A DNA stretch of 64,000 bases from Eledone cirrhosa (lineage: Eukaryota). The stretch is from contig OZ024748.1 in assembly GCA_964016885.1 (NCBI GenBank), positions 37,882,001-37,946,000 of the forward strand, given 5' to 3'. Positions 13,820 through 28,339 of this stretch are shown piece after piece (within the stretch, counting starts at the first letter, position 1; each line of letters starts with the position of its first letter). The notes beneath the pieces are model-generated. The model was not told the origin of the DNA. It worked only from the letters and a program-made list of their open reading frames with translations, and did no database searches. Made by a program: the position numbers and the translations under genes.

Positions 13820-14340
13820 GGAGGTAAGTGTTGTGTTTAAAAAGAAGGAAAAATATAAAGAACGTTGCGTAAGAGGTAAGTCTTGTGATTAAAAAGAAGG
13901 ACAAATATAAAGAATGTTGCCACGGAGGTAAGTGTTGTAATTAAAAAGAAGGAAAATTATAAAGAATGTTACGAAGGAGGTAACAGTTGTGACTAAAGAG
14001 AAGGAAAAATATAAAAATTGTTTCGAAGGAGGTAAGTGTTGTGATTAAAAAGAAGAAAAATATAAAGAATGTTGCGAAGGAGGTAAGTGTTGTGTTTAAA
14101 AAGAAGGAAAAATATAAAGAACGTTGCGTAAGAGGTAAGTCTTGTGATTAAAAAGAAGGACAAATATAATGAATGTTGCCACGGAGGTAAGTGTTGTGAT
14201 TAAAAAGAAGGAAAATTATAAAGAATGTTACGAAGGAGGTAACAGTTGTGACTAAAGAGAAGGAAAAATATAAAAATTGTTTCGAAGGAGGTAAGTGTTG
14301 TGATTAAAAAGAAGAAAAATATAAAGAATGTTGCGAAGGA
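13820..14340 (+). repeat. Local 5-monomer (259-bp) tandem duplication
   Basis: Rare variants gccacgg (13919/14178) and gactaaagag (13991/14250) both repeat at 259 bp. Confidence 0.85.
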
Positions 14341-17300
14341 GGTAAGTGTTGTGATTAAAAATAAGGAAAAATATAAAGAATGTTGCGAAGGAGGTAAGAG
14401 TTGTGATTAAAAAGAAGGAACAATATGAAGAATGTTGCGAAGGAGGTAAGTGTTGTGATTAAAAAGAAGGAAAAATATAAAGAATGTTGCGAAGGGGGTA
14501 AGAGTTGTGATTAAAAAGAAAGAAAATTATTTAGAATGTTGCGAAGGAGGTAAGTGTTGTGAGTAAAAAGAAGAAAAAATATAAAGAATGTTACGAAGGA
14601 GGTAAGTGTTGTGATTAAAAAGAATGAAAAATATAATAAAGAAATTTACGAAGGAGATAAGAGTAGTGATTAAAAAGATGGAAAAATATAAAAATTGTTG
14701 CGAAGAAGGTAAGTGTGGTAATTAAAAAGAAGGAAAAATATAAATAATGTTGCGAAGGAGGTAAGTGTTGTGATTAAAAATAAGGAAAAATATAAAGAAT
14801 GTTGCGAAGGAGGTAAGAGTTGTGATTAAAAAGAAGGAATAATATAAAGAATGTTGCGAAGGAGGTAATTGTTGTGATTAAAAAGAAGGAAAAATATAAA
14901 TAATGTTGCGAAGGAGGTAAGTGTTGTGATTAAAAATGAGGGAAAATATAAAGAATGTTGCGAAGGAGGAAGTGTTGTGATTAAAAAGAAGGAAAAATAT
15001 AAAGAATGTTACGAAGGAGGTAAGTGTTGTGATTAAAAAGAAGGATAAATATACGGAAATTTACGAAGGAGGTAAGAGTGGTGATTAAAAAGAAAGAAAA
15101 ATATAAAGAATGTTGCGAAGGAGGTAAGAGTGTTGATTAAAAAGAAGGAAAAATATAAAGAATGTTGCGAAGGAGGTAAGTGTTGTGATTAAAAAGAAGT
15201 AAAAATATAAAGAATGTTTCAAAGGAGGTAAGTGTTGTGATTAAAAGAAGGAAAAATATAAAGAATGTTGCGAAAGAGGTAAGAGTTGTGATTAAAAAGA
15301 AGGAAAAATATAAAGAATCTTACGAAGGAGGTAAGAGTTGTGATTAAAAAGAAGGAAAAATATAAAGAATGTTGCGAAGGAGGTAAGAGTTGTGATTAAA
15401 AATAAGGAAAAATATAAAGAATGTTGCGAAGGAGGTAAGAGTGTTGATTAAAAAGAAGGAAAAATATAAAGAATGTTGCGAAGGAGGTAAGTGTTGTGAT
15501 TACAAAGAAAGAAAAATATAAAGAATGTTACCATGGAGGTAAGAGTTGTGGTTAAAAAGAAGGAAAAATATAAAGAATGTTGCGAAGGAGGTAGGTGTTG
15601 TGATTAAAAAGAAGGAAAAATATAAAGAATGTTACGAAGGAGGTAAGTGTTGTGATTAAAAAGAAGGAAAAATATAAAGAAATTTACGAAGGAGATAAGA
15701 TTAGTGATTAAAAAGAAGGAAAACTATAAAGAATATTGCGAAAGAGGTAAGTGTTGTGATTAAAAAGAAGGAAAAATATAAAGAATGTTACGAAGGAGGT
15801 AAGAGTTGTGATTAAAAAGAAGGAAAACTATAAAGAATATTGCGAAAGAGGTAAGTGTTGTGATTAAACAAAAAGGAAAAATATAAAGAATATTGCGAAG
15901 GAGGTAAGGGTTGTGATTAAAAAGAAGGAAAAATATAAAGAATGTTACGAAGGAGGTAACAGCTGTGATTAAAGAGAAGGAAAAATATAAAAATTGTTGC
16001 GAAGTAGGTAAGTGTTGTAATTAAAAAGAAGGAAAAATATAAATAATTTTGCGAAGGAGGTAAGTGTTGTGATTAAAAATAAGGAAAAATATAAAGAATG
16101 TTGCGAAGGAGGTAAGAGTTGTGATTAAAAAGAAGGAATAATATGAAGAATGTTGCGAAGGAGGTAAGTGTTGTGATTAAAAAGAAGTAAAAATATAAAG
16201 AATGTTTCAAAGGAGGTAAGTGTTGTGATTAAAAGAAGGAAAAATATAAAGAATGTTGCGAAAGAGGTAAGAGTTGTGATTAAAAAGAAGGAAAAATATA
16301 AAGAATGTTGCGAAGGAGGTAAGAGTTGTGATTAAAAAGAAGGAAAAATATAAAGAATCTTACGAAGGAGGTAAGAGTTGTGATTTAAAAGAAGGAAAAA
16401 TATAAAGAATGTTGCGAAGGAGGTAAGAGTTGTGATTAAAAAGAAGGGAAAATATAAAGAATGTTGCGAAAGAGCTAAGTGTTGTGATTAAAAATAAGGA
16501 AAAATATAAAGAATGTTGCGAAGGAGGTAAGAGTGTTGATTAAAAAGAAGGAAAAATATAAAGAATGTTGCGAAGGAGGTAAGTGTTGTGATTAAAAAGA
16601 AAGAAAAATATAAAGAATGTTACCATGGAGGTAAGAGTTTTGGTTAAAAAGAAGGAAAAATATAAAGAATGTTGCGAAGGAGGTAAGTGTTGTGATTAAA
16701 AAGAAGGAAAAATATAAAGAATGTTACGAAGGAGGTAAGTGTTGTGATTAAAAAGAAGGAAAAATATAAAGAAATTTACGAAGGAGATAAGATTAGTGAT
16801 TAAAAAGAAGGAAAACTATAAACAATATTGCGAAAGAGGTAAGTGTTGTAATTAAGAAGAAGGAAAAATATAAAGAATGTTGCGAAGGAGGTAAGAGTGT
16901 TGATTAAAAAGAAGGAAAATATAGAGAATGTTGCGAAGGAGGTAAGTGTTGTGATTAAAAAGAGGGAAAAATATAAAGAATGTTACGAAGGAGGTAAGAG
17001 TTGTGATTAAAAAGAAGGAAAAATATAGAAAATGTTGCGAAGGAGGTAAGTGTTGAGATTAAAAAGAAGGAAAAATATAAAGAATGTTACGAAGGAGGTA
17101 AGTGTTGTGATTAAAAAGAAGGAAAAATATAAAAATGTTTCGAAGGAGGTAATTGTTGTGATTAAAAAGAATGAAAAATATAAAGAAATTTACAAAGGAG
17201 ATAAGAGTAGTGATTAAAAAGAAGGAAAACTATAAAGAATATTGCGAAAGAGGTAAGTGTTGTGATTAAAAAAAAGGAAAAAATATAAAGAATATTGCGA

Positions 17301-17799
17301 AGGTGGTAAGTGTTGTGATTAAAAAGAAGGAAAAATATAAAGAATGTTACGAAGGAGGTAACAGTTGTGATTAAAGAGAAGGAAAAATATAAAAATTGTT
17401 GCGAAGGAGGTAAGTGTTGTAATTAAAAAGAAGGAAAAATATAAATAATTTTGCGAAGGAGGTAAGTGTTGTGATTAAAAATAAGGAAAAATATAAAGAA
17501 TGTTGCGAAGGAGGTAAGAGTTGTGATTAAAAAGAAGGAATAATATAAAGAATGTTGCGAAGGAGGTAAGTGTTGTGATTAAAAAGAAGGAAAAATATAG
17601 AGAATGTTGCGAAGGAGGTAAGTGCTATGATTAAAAAGAAGGAAAAATATAAAGAATGTTGCGAAGGAGGTAAGAGTGTTGATTAAAAAGAAGGAAAAAT
17701 ATAAAGAATGTTGCGAAGGAGGTAAGTGTTGTGATTAAAAAGAAGTAAAAATATAAAGAATGTTTCAAAGGAGGTAAGTGTTGTGATTAAAAGAAGGAA

Positions 17800-20700
17800 A
17801 AATATAAAGAATGTTGCGAAAGAGGTAAAAGTTGTGATTAAAAAGAAAGAAAAATATAAAGAATGTTACGATGGAGGTAACAGTTGTGATTAAAAAGAAG
17901 GAAAAATATTAAAAAATTTACGAAGGAGATAAGAGTAGTGATTAAAAAGAAGGAAAACTATAAAGAATATTGCTAAAGAGGTAAGTGTTGTGATTAAAAA
18001 GAAGGAAAAATATAAAGAATGTTACGAAGGGGGTAAGAGTTGTGATTAAAAAGAAAGAAAATTATTTAGAATGTTGCGAAGGAGGTAAGTGTTGTGATTA
18101 AAAAGTATGAAAAATATAAAGAATGTTGCGAAGGAGGTAAGAGTTGTGATTAAAAAGAAGGAAAAATATAAAGAATGTTGCGAAGGAGGAAAGTGTTGTG
18201 ATTAAAAGAAGGACAAATATAAACAATGTTGCGAAGGAGGTAAGTGTTGTGATTAAAAGGAAGTAAAAATATAAAGAATGTTGCGAAGGAGGTAATTGTT
18301 GCAATTAAAAAGAAAGACAAATATAAAGAATGTTGTGAAGGAGGAAAGTGTTGTGATTAAAAAGAAGGAAAGATATAAAGAATGTTGCGAAGGAGGTAAG
18401 AGTTGTGATTAAAAAGAAGGAAAAATATAAAAAATGTTGCGAAGGAGGTAAGAGTTGTGATTAAAAAGAAGGAAAAATATAAAGAATGTTGCGAAGGAGG
18501 TAAGTGTTGTGATTAAAAGGAAGCGAAAATATAGAGAATGTTGCGAAGGAGGTAAGCGTTGTGATTAAAAAGAAGGAAAAATATAAAGAATGTTGCGAAG
18601 GAGGTAAGAGTGTTGATTAAAAAGACGGAAAAATATAAAGAATGTTGCGAAGGAGGTAAGTGTTGTGATTAAAAAGAAGTAAAAATATAAAGAATGTTTC
18701 AAAGTAGGTAAGTGTTGTGATTAAAAGAAGGAAAAATATAAAGAATGTTGAGAAAGAGGTAAGAGTTGTGATTAAAAAGAAGGAAAAATATAAAGAATGT
18801 TGCGAAGGAGGTAAGAGTTGTGATTAAAAAGAAGGAAAAATATAAAGAATCTTACGATGGAGGTAAGAGTTGTGATTAAAAAGAAGGAAAAATATAAAGA
18901 ATGTTGCGAAAGAGCTAAGTGTTGTGATTAAAAATAAGGAAAAATATAAAGAATGTTGCGAAGGAGGTAACAGTGTTGATTAAAAAGAAGGAAAAATATA
19001 AAGAATGTTGCGAAGGAGGTAAGTGTTGTGATTAAAAAGAAAGAAAAATATAAAGAATGTTACGATGGAGGTAACAGTTGTGATTAAAAAGAAGGAAAAA
19101 TATTTAAAAATTTACGAAGGAGATAAGAGTAGTGATTAAAAAGAAGGAAAACTATAAAGAATATTGATAAAGAGGTAAGTGTTGTGATTAAAAAGAAGGA
19201 AAAATATAAAGAATGTTGCGAAGGTGGTAAGAGTGTTGATTAAAAAGAAGGAAAAATATAAAGAATGTTGCGAAGGAGGTAAGTGTTGTGATTAAAAAGA
19301 GGGAAAAATATAAAGAATGTTACGAAGGAGGTAAGAGTTGTGATTAAAAAGAAGGAAAAATATAAAAAATGTTGCGAAGGAGGTAAGTGTTGAGATTAAA
19401 AAGAAGGAAAAATATGAAGAAAGTTACGAAGGAGGTAAGTGTTGTGATTAAAAAGAAGGAAAAATATAAAAATGTTACGAAGGAGGTAATTGTTGTGATT
19501 AAAAAGAAGGAAAAATATAAAGAATGTTGCTAAAGAGGTAAGTGTTGAGATTAAAAGGAAGGAAAAATATAAAGAATGTTACGAAGGAGGTAAGTGTTGT
19601 GATTAAAAATATGGATAAATATAAGGAAATTTACGAAGGAGGTAAGAGTGGTGATTAAAAAGAAGGAAAAATATAAAGAATGTTGCGAAGGAGGAAGTGT
19701 TGTGATTAAAAAGAAGGAAAAATATAAAGAATGTTACGAAGGAGGTAAGTGTTGTGATTAAAAAGAAGGATAAATATAAGGAAATTTACGAAGGGGGTAA
19801 GAGTGGTGATTAAAAAGAAAGAAAAATATAAAAATTGTTGCGAAGGAGGTAAGTGTTGTGATTAAAAAGAAGGAAAAATATAAAGAATGTTGCGAAGGAG
19901 GTAAGTATTGTGATTAAAAATAAGGAAAAATATAAAGAATGTTGCGAAGGAGGTAAGAGTTGTGATTAAAAAGAAGGAATAATATAAAGAATGTTGCGAA
20001 GGAGGTAAGTGTTGTGATTAAAAAGAAGGAAAAATATAAAGAATGTTGCGAAGGGGGTAAGAGTTGTGATTAAAAAGAAAGAAAATTATTTAGAATGTTG
20101 CGAAGGAGGTAAGTGTTGTGATTAAAAAGTATGAAAAATATAAAGAATGTTGCGAAGGAGGTAAGAGTTGTGATTAAAAAGAAGAAAAAATATAAAAAAT
20201 GTTGCGAAGGAGGTAAGAGTTGTGATTAAAAAGAAGGAAAAATATAAAGAATGTTGCGAAGGAGGAAAGTGTTGTGATTAAAAGAAGGACAAATATAAAG
20301 AATGTTGCGAAGGAGGAAAGTGTTGTGATTAAAAGAAGGACAAATATAAACAATGTTGCGAAGGAGGTATGTGTTGTGATTAAAAGGAAGGAAAAATATA
20401 AAGAATGTTGCGAAGGAGATAATTGTTGCAATTAAAAAGAAAGACAAATATAAAGAATGTTGTGAAGGAGGAAAGTGTTGTGATTAAAAAGACGGAAAAA
20501 TATAAAGAATGTTGCGAAGGAGGTAAGTGTTGTGATTAAAAGGAAGGGAAAATATGAAAATGTTGCGAAGGAGGAAAGAGTGGTGATTAAAGAGAAGGAA
20601 AAATATAAAAATTGTTGCAAAGGAGGTAAGTGTTATAATTAAAAAGAAGGAAAAATATAAAGAATGTTGCGAAGGAGGTAAGTGTTGTGATTAAAAATAA

Positions 20701-23700
20701 GGAAAAATATAAAGAATGTTGCGAAGGAGGTAAGAGTTGTGATTAAAATGAAGGAATAATATAAAGAATGTTGCGAAGGAGGTAAGTGTTGTGATTAAAA
20801 AGAAGGAAAAATATAGAGAATGTTGCGAAGGAGGTAAGTGTTGTGATTAAAAAGAAGGAAAAATATAAAGAATGTTGCGAAGGAGGTAGGAGTGTTGATT
20901 AAAAAGAAGGAAAAATATAAAGAATGTTGCGAAGGAGGTAAGTATTGTGGTTAAAAAGAAGTAAAAATATAAAGAATGTTTCAAAGGAGGTAAGTGTTGT
21001 GATTATAAGAAGGAAAAATATAAAAAATGTTGCGAAGGAGGTAAGAGTTGTGATTAAAAAGAAGGAAAAATATAAAGAATGTTGCGAAGGAGGTAAGAGT
21101 TGCGATTAAAAAGAAGGGAAAATATAAAGAATGTTGCGAAGGAGGTAAGTGTTGTGATTAAAAAGAAAGAAAATTATTTAGAATGTTGCGAAGGAGGTAA
21201 GTGTTGTGATTAAAAAGTATGAAAAATATAAAGAATGTTGCGAAGGAGGTAAGAGTTGTGATTAAAAAGAAGAAAAAATATAAAAAATGTTGCGAAGGAG
21301 GTAAGAGTTGTGATTAAAAAGAAGGAAAAATATAAAGAATGTTGCGAAGGAGGAAAGTGTTGTGATTAAAAGAAGGATAAATATAAAGAATGTTGCGAAG
21401 GAGGAAAGTGTTGTGATTAAAAGAAGGACAAATATAAAGAATGTTGCGAAGGAGGTAAGTGTTGTGATTAAAAGGAAGGAAAAATATAAAGAATGTTGCG
21501 AAGGAGGTAATTGTTGCAATTAAAAAGAAAGACAAATATAAAGAATGTTGCGAAGGAGGTAAGTGTTGTGATTAAAAAGTATGAAAAATATAAAGAATGT
21601 TGCGAAGGAGGTAAGTGTTGTGATTAAAAGGAAGGGAAAATATGAAAATGTTGTGAAGGAGGAAAGAGTGGTGATTAAAGAGAAGGAAAAATATAAAAAT
21701 TGTTGCAAAGGAGGTAAGTGTTATAATTAAAAAGAAGGAAAAATATAAAGAATGTTGCGAAGGAGGTAAGTGTTGTGATTAAAAATAAGGAAAAATATAA
21801 AGAATGTTGCGAAGGAGGTAAGAGTTGTGATTAAAAAGAAGGAAAAATATAAAGAATGTTGCGAAGGAGGTAGGAGTGTTGATTAAAAAGAAGGAAAAAT
21901 ATAGAGAATGTTGCGAAGGAGGTAAGTGTTGTGATTAAAAAGAAGGAAAAATATAAAGAATGTTGCGAAGGAGGTAGGAGTGTTGATTAAAAAGAAGGAA
22001 AAATATAAAGAATGTTGCGAAGGAGGTAAGTATTGTGGTTAAAAAGAAGTAAAAATATAAAGAATGTTTCAAAGGAGGTAAGTGTTGTGATTATAAGAAG
22101 GAAAAATATAAAGAATGTTGCGAAGGAGGTAAGAGTTGCGATTAAAAAGAAGGGAAAATATAAAGAATGTTGCGAAGGAGGTAAGAGTTGTGATTATAAA
22201 AGAAGGAAAAATATAAAGAATCTTACGATGGAGGTAGAGTTGTGATTAAAAAGAAGGAAAAATATAAAGAATGTTGCGAAAGAGGTAAGTGTTGTGATTA
22301 AAAATAAGGAAAAATATAAAGAATGTTGCGAAGGAGGTAACAGTGTTGATTAAAAAGAAGGAAAAATATAAAGAATGTTGCGAAGGAGGTAAGTGTTGTG
22401 ATTAAAAAGAAAGAAAAATATAAAGAATGTTACGATGGAGGTAACAGTTGTGATTAAAAAGAAGGAAAAATATTAAAAAATTTACGAAGGAGATAAGAGT
22501 AGTGATTAAAAAGAAGGAAAACTATAAAGAATATTGATAAAGAGGTAAGTGTTGTGATTAAAAAGAAGGAAAAATATAAAGAATGTTGCGAAGTTGGTAA
22601 GAGTGTTGATTAAAAAGAAGGAAAAATATAAAGAATGTTGCGAAGGAGGAAAGTGTTGTGATTAAAAGAAGGACAAATATAAAGAATGTTGCGAAGGAGG
22701 AAAGTGTTGTGATTAAAAGAAGGACAAATATAAACAATGTTGCGAAGGAGGTAAGTGTTGTGATTAAAAGGAAGGAAAAATATAAAGAATGTTGCGAAGG
22801 AGGTAAGTGTTGTGATTAAAAAGAGGGAAAAATATAAAGAATGTTACGATGAGGTAAGAGTTGTGATTAAAAAGAAGGAAAAAAATAAAAAATGTTGCGA
22901 AGGAGGTAAGTGTTGAGATTAAAAAGAAGGAAAAATATGAAGAAAGTTACGAAGGAGGTAAGTGTTGTGATTAAAAAGAAGGAAAAATATAAAAATGTTA
23001 CGAAGGAGGTAATTGTTGTGATTAAAAAGAAGGAAAAATATAAAGAATGTTGCTAAAGAGGTAAGTGTTGAGCTTAAAAAGAAGGAAAAATATAAAGAAT
23101 GTTACGAAGGAGGTAAGTGTTGTGATTAAAAAGAAGGATAAATATAAGGAAATTTACGAAGGAGGTAAGAGTGGTGATTAAAAAGAAAGAAAAATATAAA
23201 AATTGTTGCGAAGGAGGTAAGTGTTGTGATTAAAAAGAAGGAAAAATATAAAGAATGTTGCGAAGGAGGTAAGTATTGTGATTAAAAATAAGGAAAAATA
23301 TAAAGAATGTTGCGAAGGAGGTAAGAGTTGTGATTAAAAAGAAGGAATAATATAAAGAATGTTGCGAAGGAGGTAAGTGTTGTGATTAAAAAGAAGGAAA
23401 AATATAAAGAATGTTGCGAAGGGGGTAAGAGTTGTGATTAAAAAGAAAGAAAATTATTTAGAATGTTGCGAAGGAGGTAAGTGTTGTGATTAAAAAGTAT
23501 GAAAAATATAAAGAATGTTGCGAAGGAGGTAAGAGTTGTGATTAAAAAGAAGAACAAATATAAAAAATGTTGCGAAGGAGGTAAGAGTTGTGATTAAAAA
23601 GAAGGAAAAATATAAAGAATGTTGCGAAGGAGGAAAGTGTTGTGATTAAAAGAAGGATAAATATAAAGAATGTTGCGAAGGAGGAAAGTGTTGTGATTAA

Positions 23701-26330
23701 AAGAAGGACAAATATAAACAATGTTGCGAAGGAGGTAAGTGTTGTGATTAAAAGGAAGGAAAAATATAAAGAATGTTGCGAAGGAGGTAATTGTTGCAAT
23801 TAAAAAGAAAGACAAATATAAAGAATGTTGTGAAGGAGGAAAGTGTTGTGATTAAAAAGACGGAAAAATATAAAGAATGTTGCGAAGTAGGTAAGAGTTG
23901 TGATTAAAAAGAAGGAAAAATATAAAGAATGTTGCGAAGGAGGTAAGTGTTGTGATTAAAAGGAAGGGAAAATATGAAAATGTTGCGAAGGAGGAAAGAG
24001 TGGTGATTAAAGAGAAGGAAAAATATAAAAATTGTTGCAAAGGAGGTAAGTGTTATAATTAAAAAGAAGGAAAAATATAAAGAATGTTGCGAAGGAGGTA
24101 AGTGTTGTGATTAAAAATAAGGAAAAATATAAAGAATGTTGCGAAGGAGGTAAGAGTTGTGATTAAAATGAAGGAATAATATAAAGAATGTTGCGAAGGA
24201 GGTAAGTGTTGTGATTAAAAAGAAGGAAAAATATAGAGAATGTTGCGAAGGAGGTAAGTGTTGTGATTAAAAAGAAGGAAAAATATAAAGAATGTTGCGA
24301 AGGAGGTAGGAGTGTTGATTAAAAAGAAGGAAAAATATAAAGAATGTTGCGAAGGAGGTAAGTGTTGTGATTAAAAATAAGGAAAAATATAAAGAATGTT
24401 GCGAAGGAGGTAAGAGTTGTGATTAAAATGAAGGAATAATATAAAGAATGTTGCGAAGGAGGTAAGTGTTGTGATTAAAAAGAAGGAAAAATATAGAGAA
24501 TGTTGCGAAGGATGTAAGTGTTGTGATTAAAAAGAAGGAAAAATATAAAGAATGTTGCGAAGGAGGTAGGAGTGTTGATTAAAAAGAAGGAAAAATATAA
24601 AGAATGTTGCGAAGGAGGTAAGTATTGTGGTTAAAAAGAAGTAAAAATATAAAGAATGTTTCAAAGAGGTAAGTGTTGTGATTATAAGAAGGAAAAATAT
24701 AAAGAACGTTGCGAAGGAGGTAAGAGTTGTGATTAAAAAGAAGGAAAAATATAAAGAATGTTGCGAAGGAGGTAAGAGTTGCGATTAAAAAGAAGGGAAA
24801 ATATAAAGAATGTTGCGAAGGAGGTAAGAGTTGTGATTAAAAAGAAGGAAAAATATAAAGAATCTTACGATGGAGGTAAGAGTTGTGATTAAAAAGAAGG
24901 AAAAATATAAAGAATGTTGCGAAAGAGGTAAGTGTTGTGATTAAAAATAAGGAAAAATATAAAGAATGTTGCGAAGGAGGTAACAGTGTTGATTAAAAAG
25001 AAGGAAAAATATAAAGAATGTTGCGAAGGAGGTAAGTGTTGTGATTAAAAAGAAAGAAAAATATAAAGAATGTTACGATGGAGGTAACAGTTGTGATTAA
25101 AAAGAAGGAAAAATCTTAAAAAATTTACGAAGGAGATAAGAGTAGTGATTAAAAAGAAGGAAAACTATAAAGAATATTGATAAAGAGGTAAGTGTTGTGA
25201 TTAAAAAGAAGGAAAAATATAAAGAATGTTGCGAAGGTGGTAAGAGTGTTGATTAAAAAGAAAGAAAATTATTTAGAATGTTGCGAAGGAGGTAAGTGTT
25301 ATGATTAAAAAGTCTGAAAAATATAAAGAATGTTGCGAAGGTGGTAAGAGTGTTGATTAAAAAGAAGGAAAAATATAAAGAATGTTGCGAAGGAGGTAAG
25401 TGTTGTGATTAAAAAGAGGGAAAAATATAAAGAATGTTACGAAGGAGGTAAGAGTTGTGATTAAAAAGAAGGAAAAATATAAAAAATGTTGCGAAGGAGG
25501 TAAGTGTTGAGATTAAAAAGAAGGAAAAATATGAAGAAAGTTACGATGGAGGTAAGTGTTGTGATTAAAAAGAAGGAAAAATATAAAGAATGTTGCGAAG
25601 GAGGTAAGTATTGTGATTAAAAATAAGGAAAAATATAAAGAATGTTGCGAAGGAGGTAAGAGTTGTGATTAAAAAGAAGGAATAATATAAAGAATGTTGC
25701 GAAGGAGGTAAGTGTTGTGATTAAAAAGAAGGAAAAATATAAAGAATGTTGCAAAGGGGGTAAGAGTTGTGATTAAAAAGAAAGAAAATTATTTAGAATG
25801 TTGCGAAGGAGGTAAGTGTTGTGATTAAAAAGTATGAAAAATGTAAAGAATGTTGCGAAGGAGGTAAGAGTTGTGATTAAAAAGAAGAAAAAATATAAAA
25901 AATGTTGCGAAGGAGGTAAGAGTTGTGATTAAAAAGAAGGAAAAATATAAAGAATGTTGCGAAGGAGGAAAGTGTTGTGATTAAAAGAAGGACAAATATA
26001 AAGAATGTTGCGAAGGAGGAAAGTGTTGTGATTAAAAGAAGGACAAATATAAACAATGTTGCGAAGGAGGTAAGTGTTGTGATTAAAAGGAAGGAAAAAT
26101 ATAAAGAATGTTGCGAAGGAGGTAATTGTTGCAATTAAAAAGAAAGACAAATATAAAGAATGTTGTGAAGGAGGAAAGTGTTGTGATTAAAAAGACGGAA
26201 AAATATAAAGAATGTTGCGAAGGAGGTAAGAGTTGTGATTAAAAAGAAGGAAAAATATAAAGAATGTTGCGAAGGAGGTAAGTGTTGTGATTAAAAGGAA
26301 GGGAAAATATGAAAATGTTGCGAAGGAGGT
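17800..26330 (+). repeat. Domain of irregular 21-45-monomer higher-order units marked by TAATTGTTGCAATTA-AAAAGAAAGAC, AATTATTTAGAA and AAAAGTATGAAA variants
   Basis: gcaatt marker at 18301, 20428, 21516, 23796, 26131 (spacings 2127, 1088, 2280, 2335). The repeated minus-strand pseudo-ORFs at 20174/21262/23542/25877 show the same offsets. Confidence 0.8.
24080..24600 (+). repeat. Local 5-monomer (260-bp) tandem duplication
   Basis: gattaaaatgaaggaataat at 24161 and 24421, each followed by the same tatagagaa and ggtaggagtgttg variants. Confidence 0.85.
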
Positions 26331-28339
26331 AAGTGTTGTGATTAAAAAGAAGGAAAAATATAGAGACTGTTGCGAAGGAGGTAAGTGTTGTGATTAAAAA
26401 GAAGGAAAAATATAAAAATGTTGCGAAGGAGGTAGGAGTGTTGATTAAAAAGAAGGAAACATATAAAGAATGTTGCGAAGGAGGTAAGTATTGTGGTTAA
26501 AAAGAAGTAAAAATATAAAGAATGTTTCAAAGGAGGTAAGTGTTGTGATTATAAGAAGGAAAAATATAAAGAATGTTGCGAAGGAGGTAAGAGTTGTGAT
26601 TAAAAAGAAGGAAAAATATAAAGAATGTTGCGAAGGAGGTAAGAGTTGCGATTAAAAAGAAGGAAAAATATAAAGAATGTTGCGAAAGAGCTAAGTGTTG
26701 TGATTAAAAAGAAGGAAAAATATAAAAAAATTTACGAAGGAGATAAGAGTAGTGATTAAAAAGAAGGAAAACTATAAAGAATATTGCGAAAGAGGTAAGT
26801 GTTGTGATTAAAAAGAAGGAAAAATATAAAGAATGTTGCGAAGGAGGTAAGAGTGTTGATTAAAAAGAAGGAAAAATATAAAGAATGTTGCGAAGGAGGT
26901 AAATGTTGTGATTAAAAAGAGGGAAAAATATAAAGAATGTTACGAAGGATGTAAGACTTGTGATTAAAAAGAAGGAAAATTATAAAGAATGTTGCGAAGG
27001 AGGTAAGTGTTGAGATTAAAAAGAAGGAAAAATATAAAGAATGTTGCGAAGGAGGTAAGAGTTGTGATTAAAAAGAAGGGAAAATATAAAGAATGTTTCG
27101 AAAGAGGTAAGTGTTGTAATTGAAAAGAAGGAAAAATATAAAGAATGTTGCGAAGTAGGTAAGAGTGTTGATTAAAAAGAAGGAAAAATATAAAGAATGT
27201 TGCGAAGGAGGTAAGTGTTGTGATTAAAAAGAAGGAAAAATATAAAGAATATTGCGAAGGAGGTAAGTGTTGTGTTTAAAAAGAAGGAAAAATATAAAGA
27301 AATTTACGAAGGAGGTAAGAGTGGTGATATAAAAAGAAGGAAAAATATAAAAAAATATTGCGAAAGAGGTAAGTGTTGTGATTAAAAAGAAGGAAAAATA
27401 TAAAGAATGTTGCGAAGGAGGTAAGAGTGTTGATTAAAAAGAAGGAAAAATATAAAGAATGTTGCGAAGGAGGTAAGTGTTGTGATTAAAAAGAAGGAAA
27501 AATATAAAGAATGTTACGAAGGAGGTAAGAGTTGTGATTAAAAAGAAGGAAAAATATAAAGAATGTTGAGAAGGAGGTAGTGTTGTGATTAAAAAGAAGG
27601 AAAAATATAAAGAATGTTACGAAGGAGGTAAGTGTTGTGATTAAAAAGAAGGATAAATATATGGAAATTTACGAAGGAGGTAGGATTGGTGATTAAAAAG
27701 AAGAAAAAATATAGAGAATGTTGCGAAGGAGGTAAGTGTTGTGATTAAAAAGAATGAAAAATATAAAGAATGTTGCGAAGGAGGTAAGAGTGTTGATTAA
27801 AAAGAAGGAAAATATAAAGAATGTTGCCATGGAGGTAAGTGTTGTGGTTAAAAAGAAGTAAAAATATAAAGAATGTTTCAAAGGAGGTAAGTGTTGTGAT
27901 TAAAAGAAGGAAAAATATAAAGAATGTTGAGAATGAGGTAAGAGTTGTGATTAAAAAGAAGGAAAAATATAAAGAATGTTGCGAAGGAGGTAAGAGTTGT
28001 GATTAAAAAGAAGGAAAAATATAAAGAATCTTACGAAGGAGGTAAGAGTTGTGATTAAAAAGAAGGAAAAATATGAAGAATGTTGCGAAGGAGGTAAGGG
28101 TTGCGATTAAAAAGAAGGAAAAATATAAAGAATGTTGCGAAAGAGCTAAGTGTTGTGATTAAAAAGAAGGAAAAATATAAAGAAATTTACGAAGGAGATA
28201 AGAGGTGTGATTAAAAAGAAGGAAAACTATAAAGAATATTGCGAAAGAGGTAAGTGTTGTGATTAAAATGAAGGAAAGAATATAAAGAATGTTGCGAAGG
28301 AGGTAAGAGTGTTGATTAAAAAGAAGGAAAAATATAAAG

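Noticed and set aside
22033-22245. Plus-strand 70 aa Lys/Cys-rich ORF
   Set aside because: Chance read-through caused by local indel variants (attataagaagg, gattataaaag); it cycles through the frames of the monomer.
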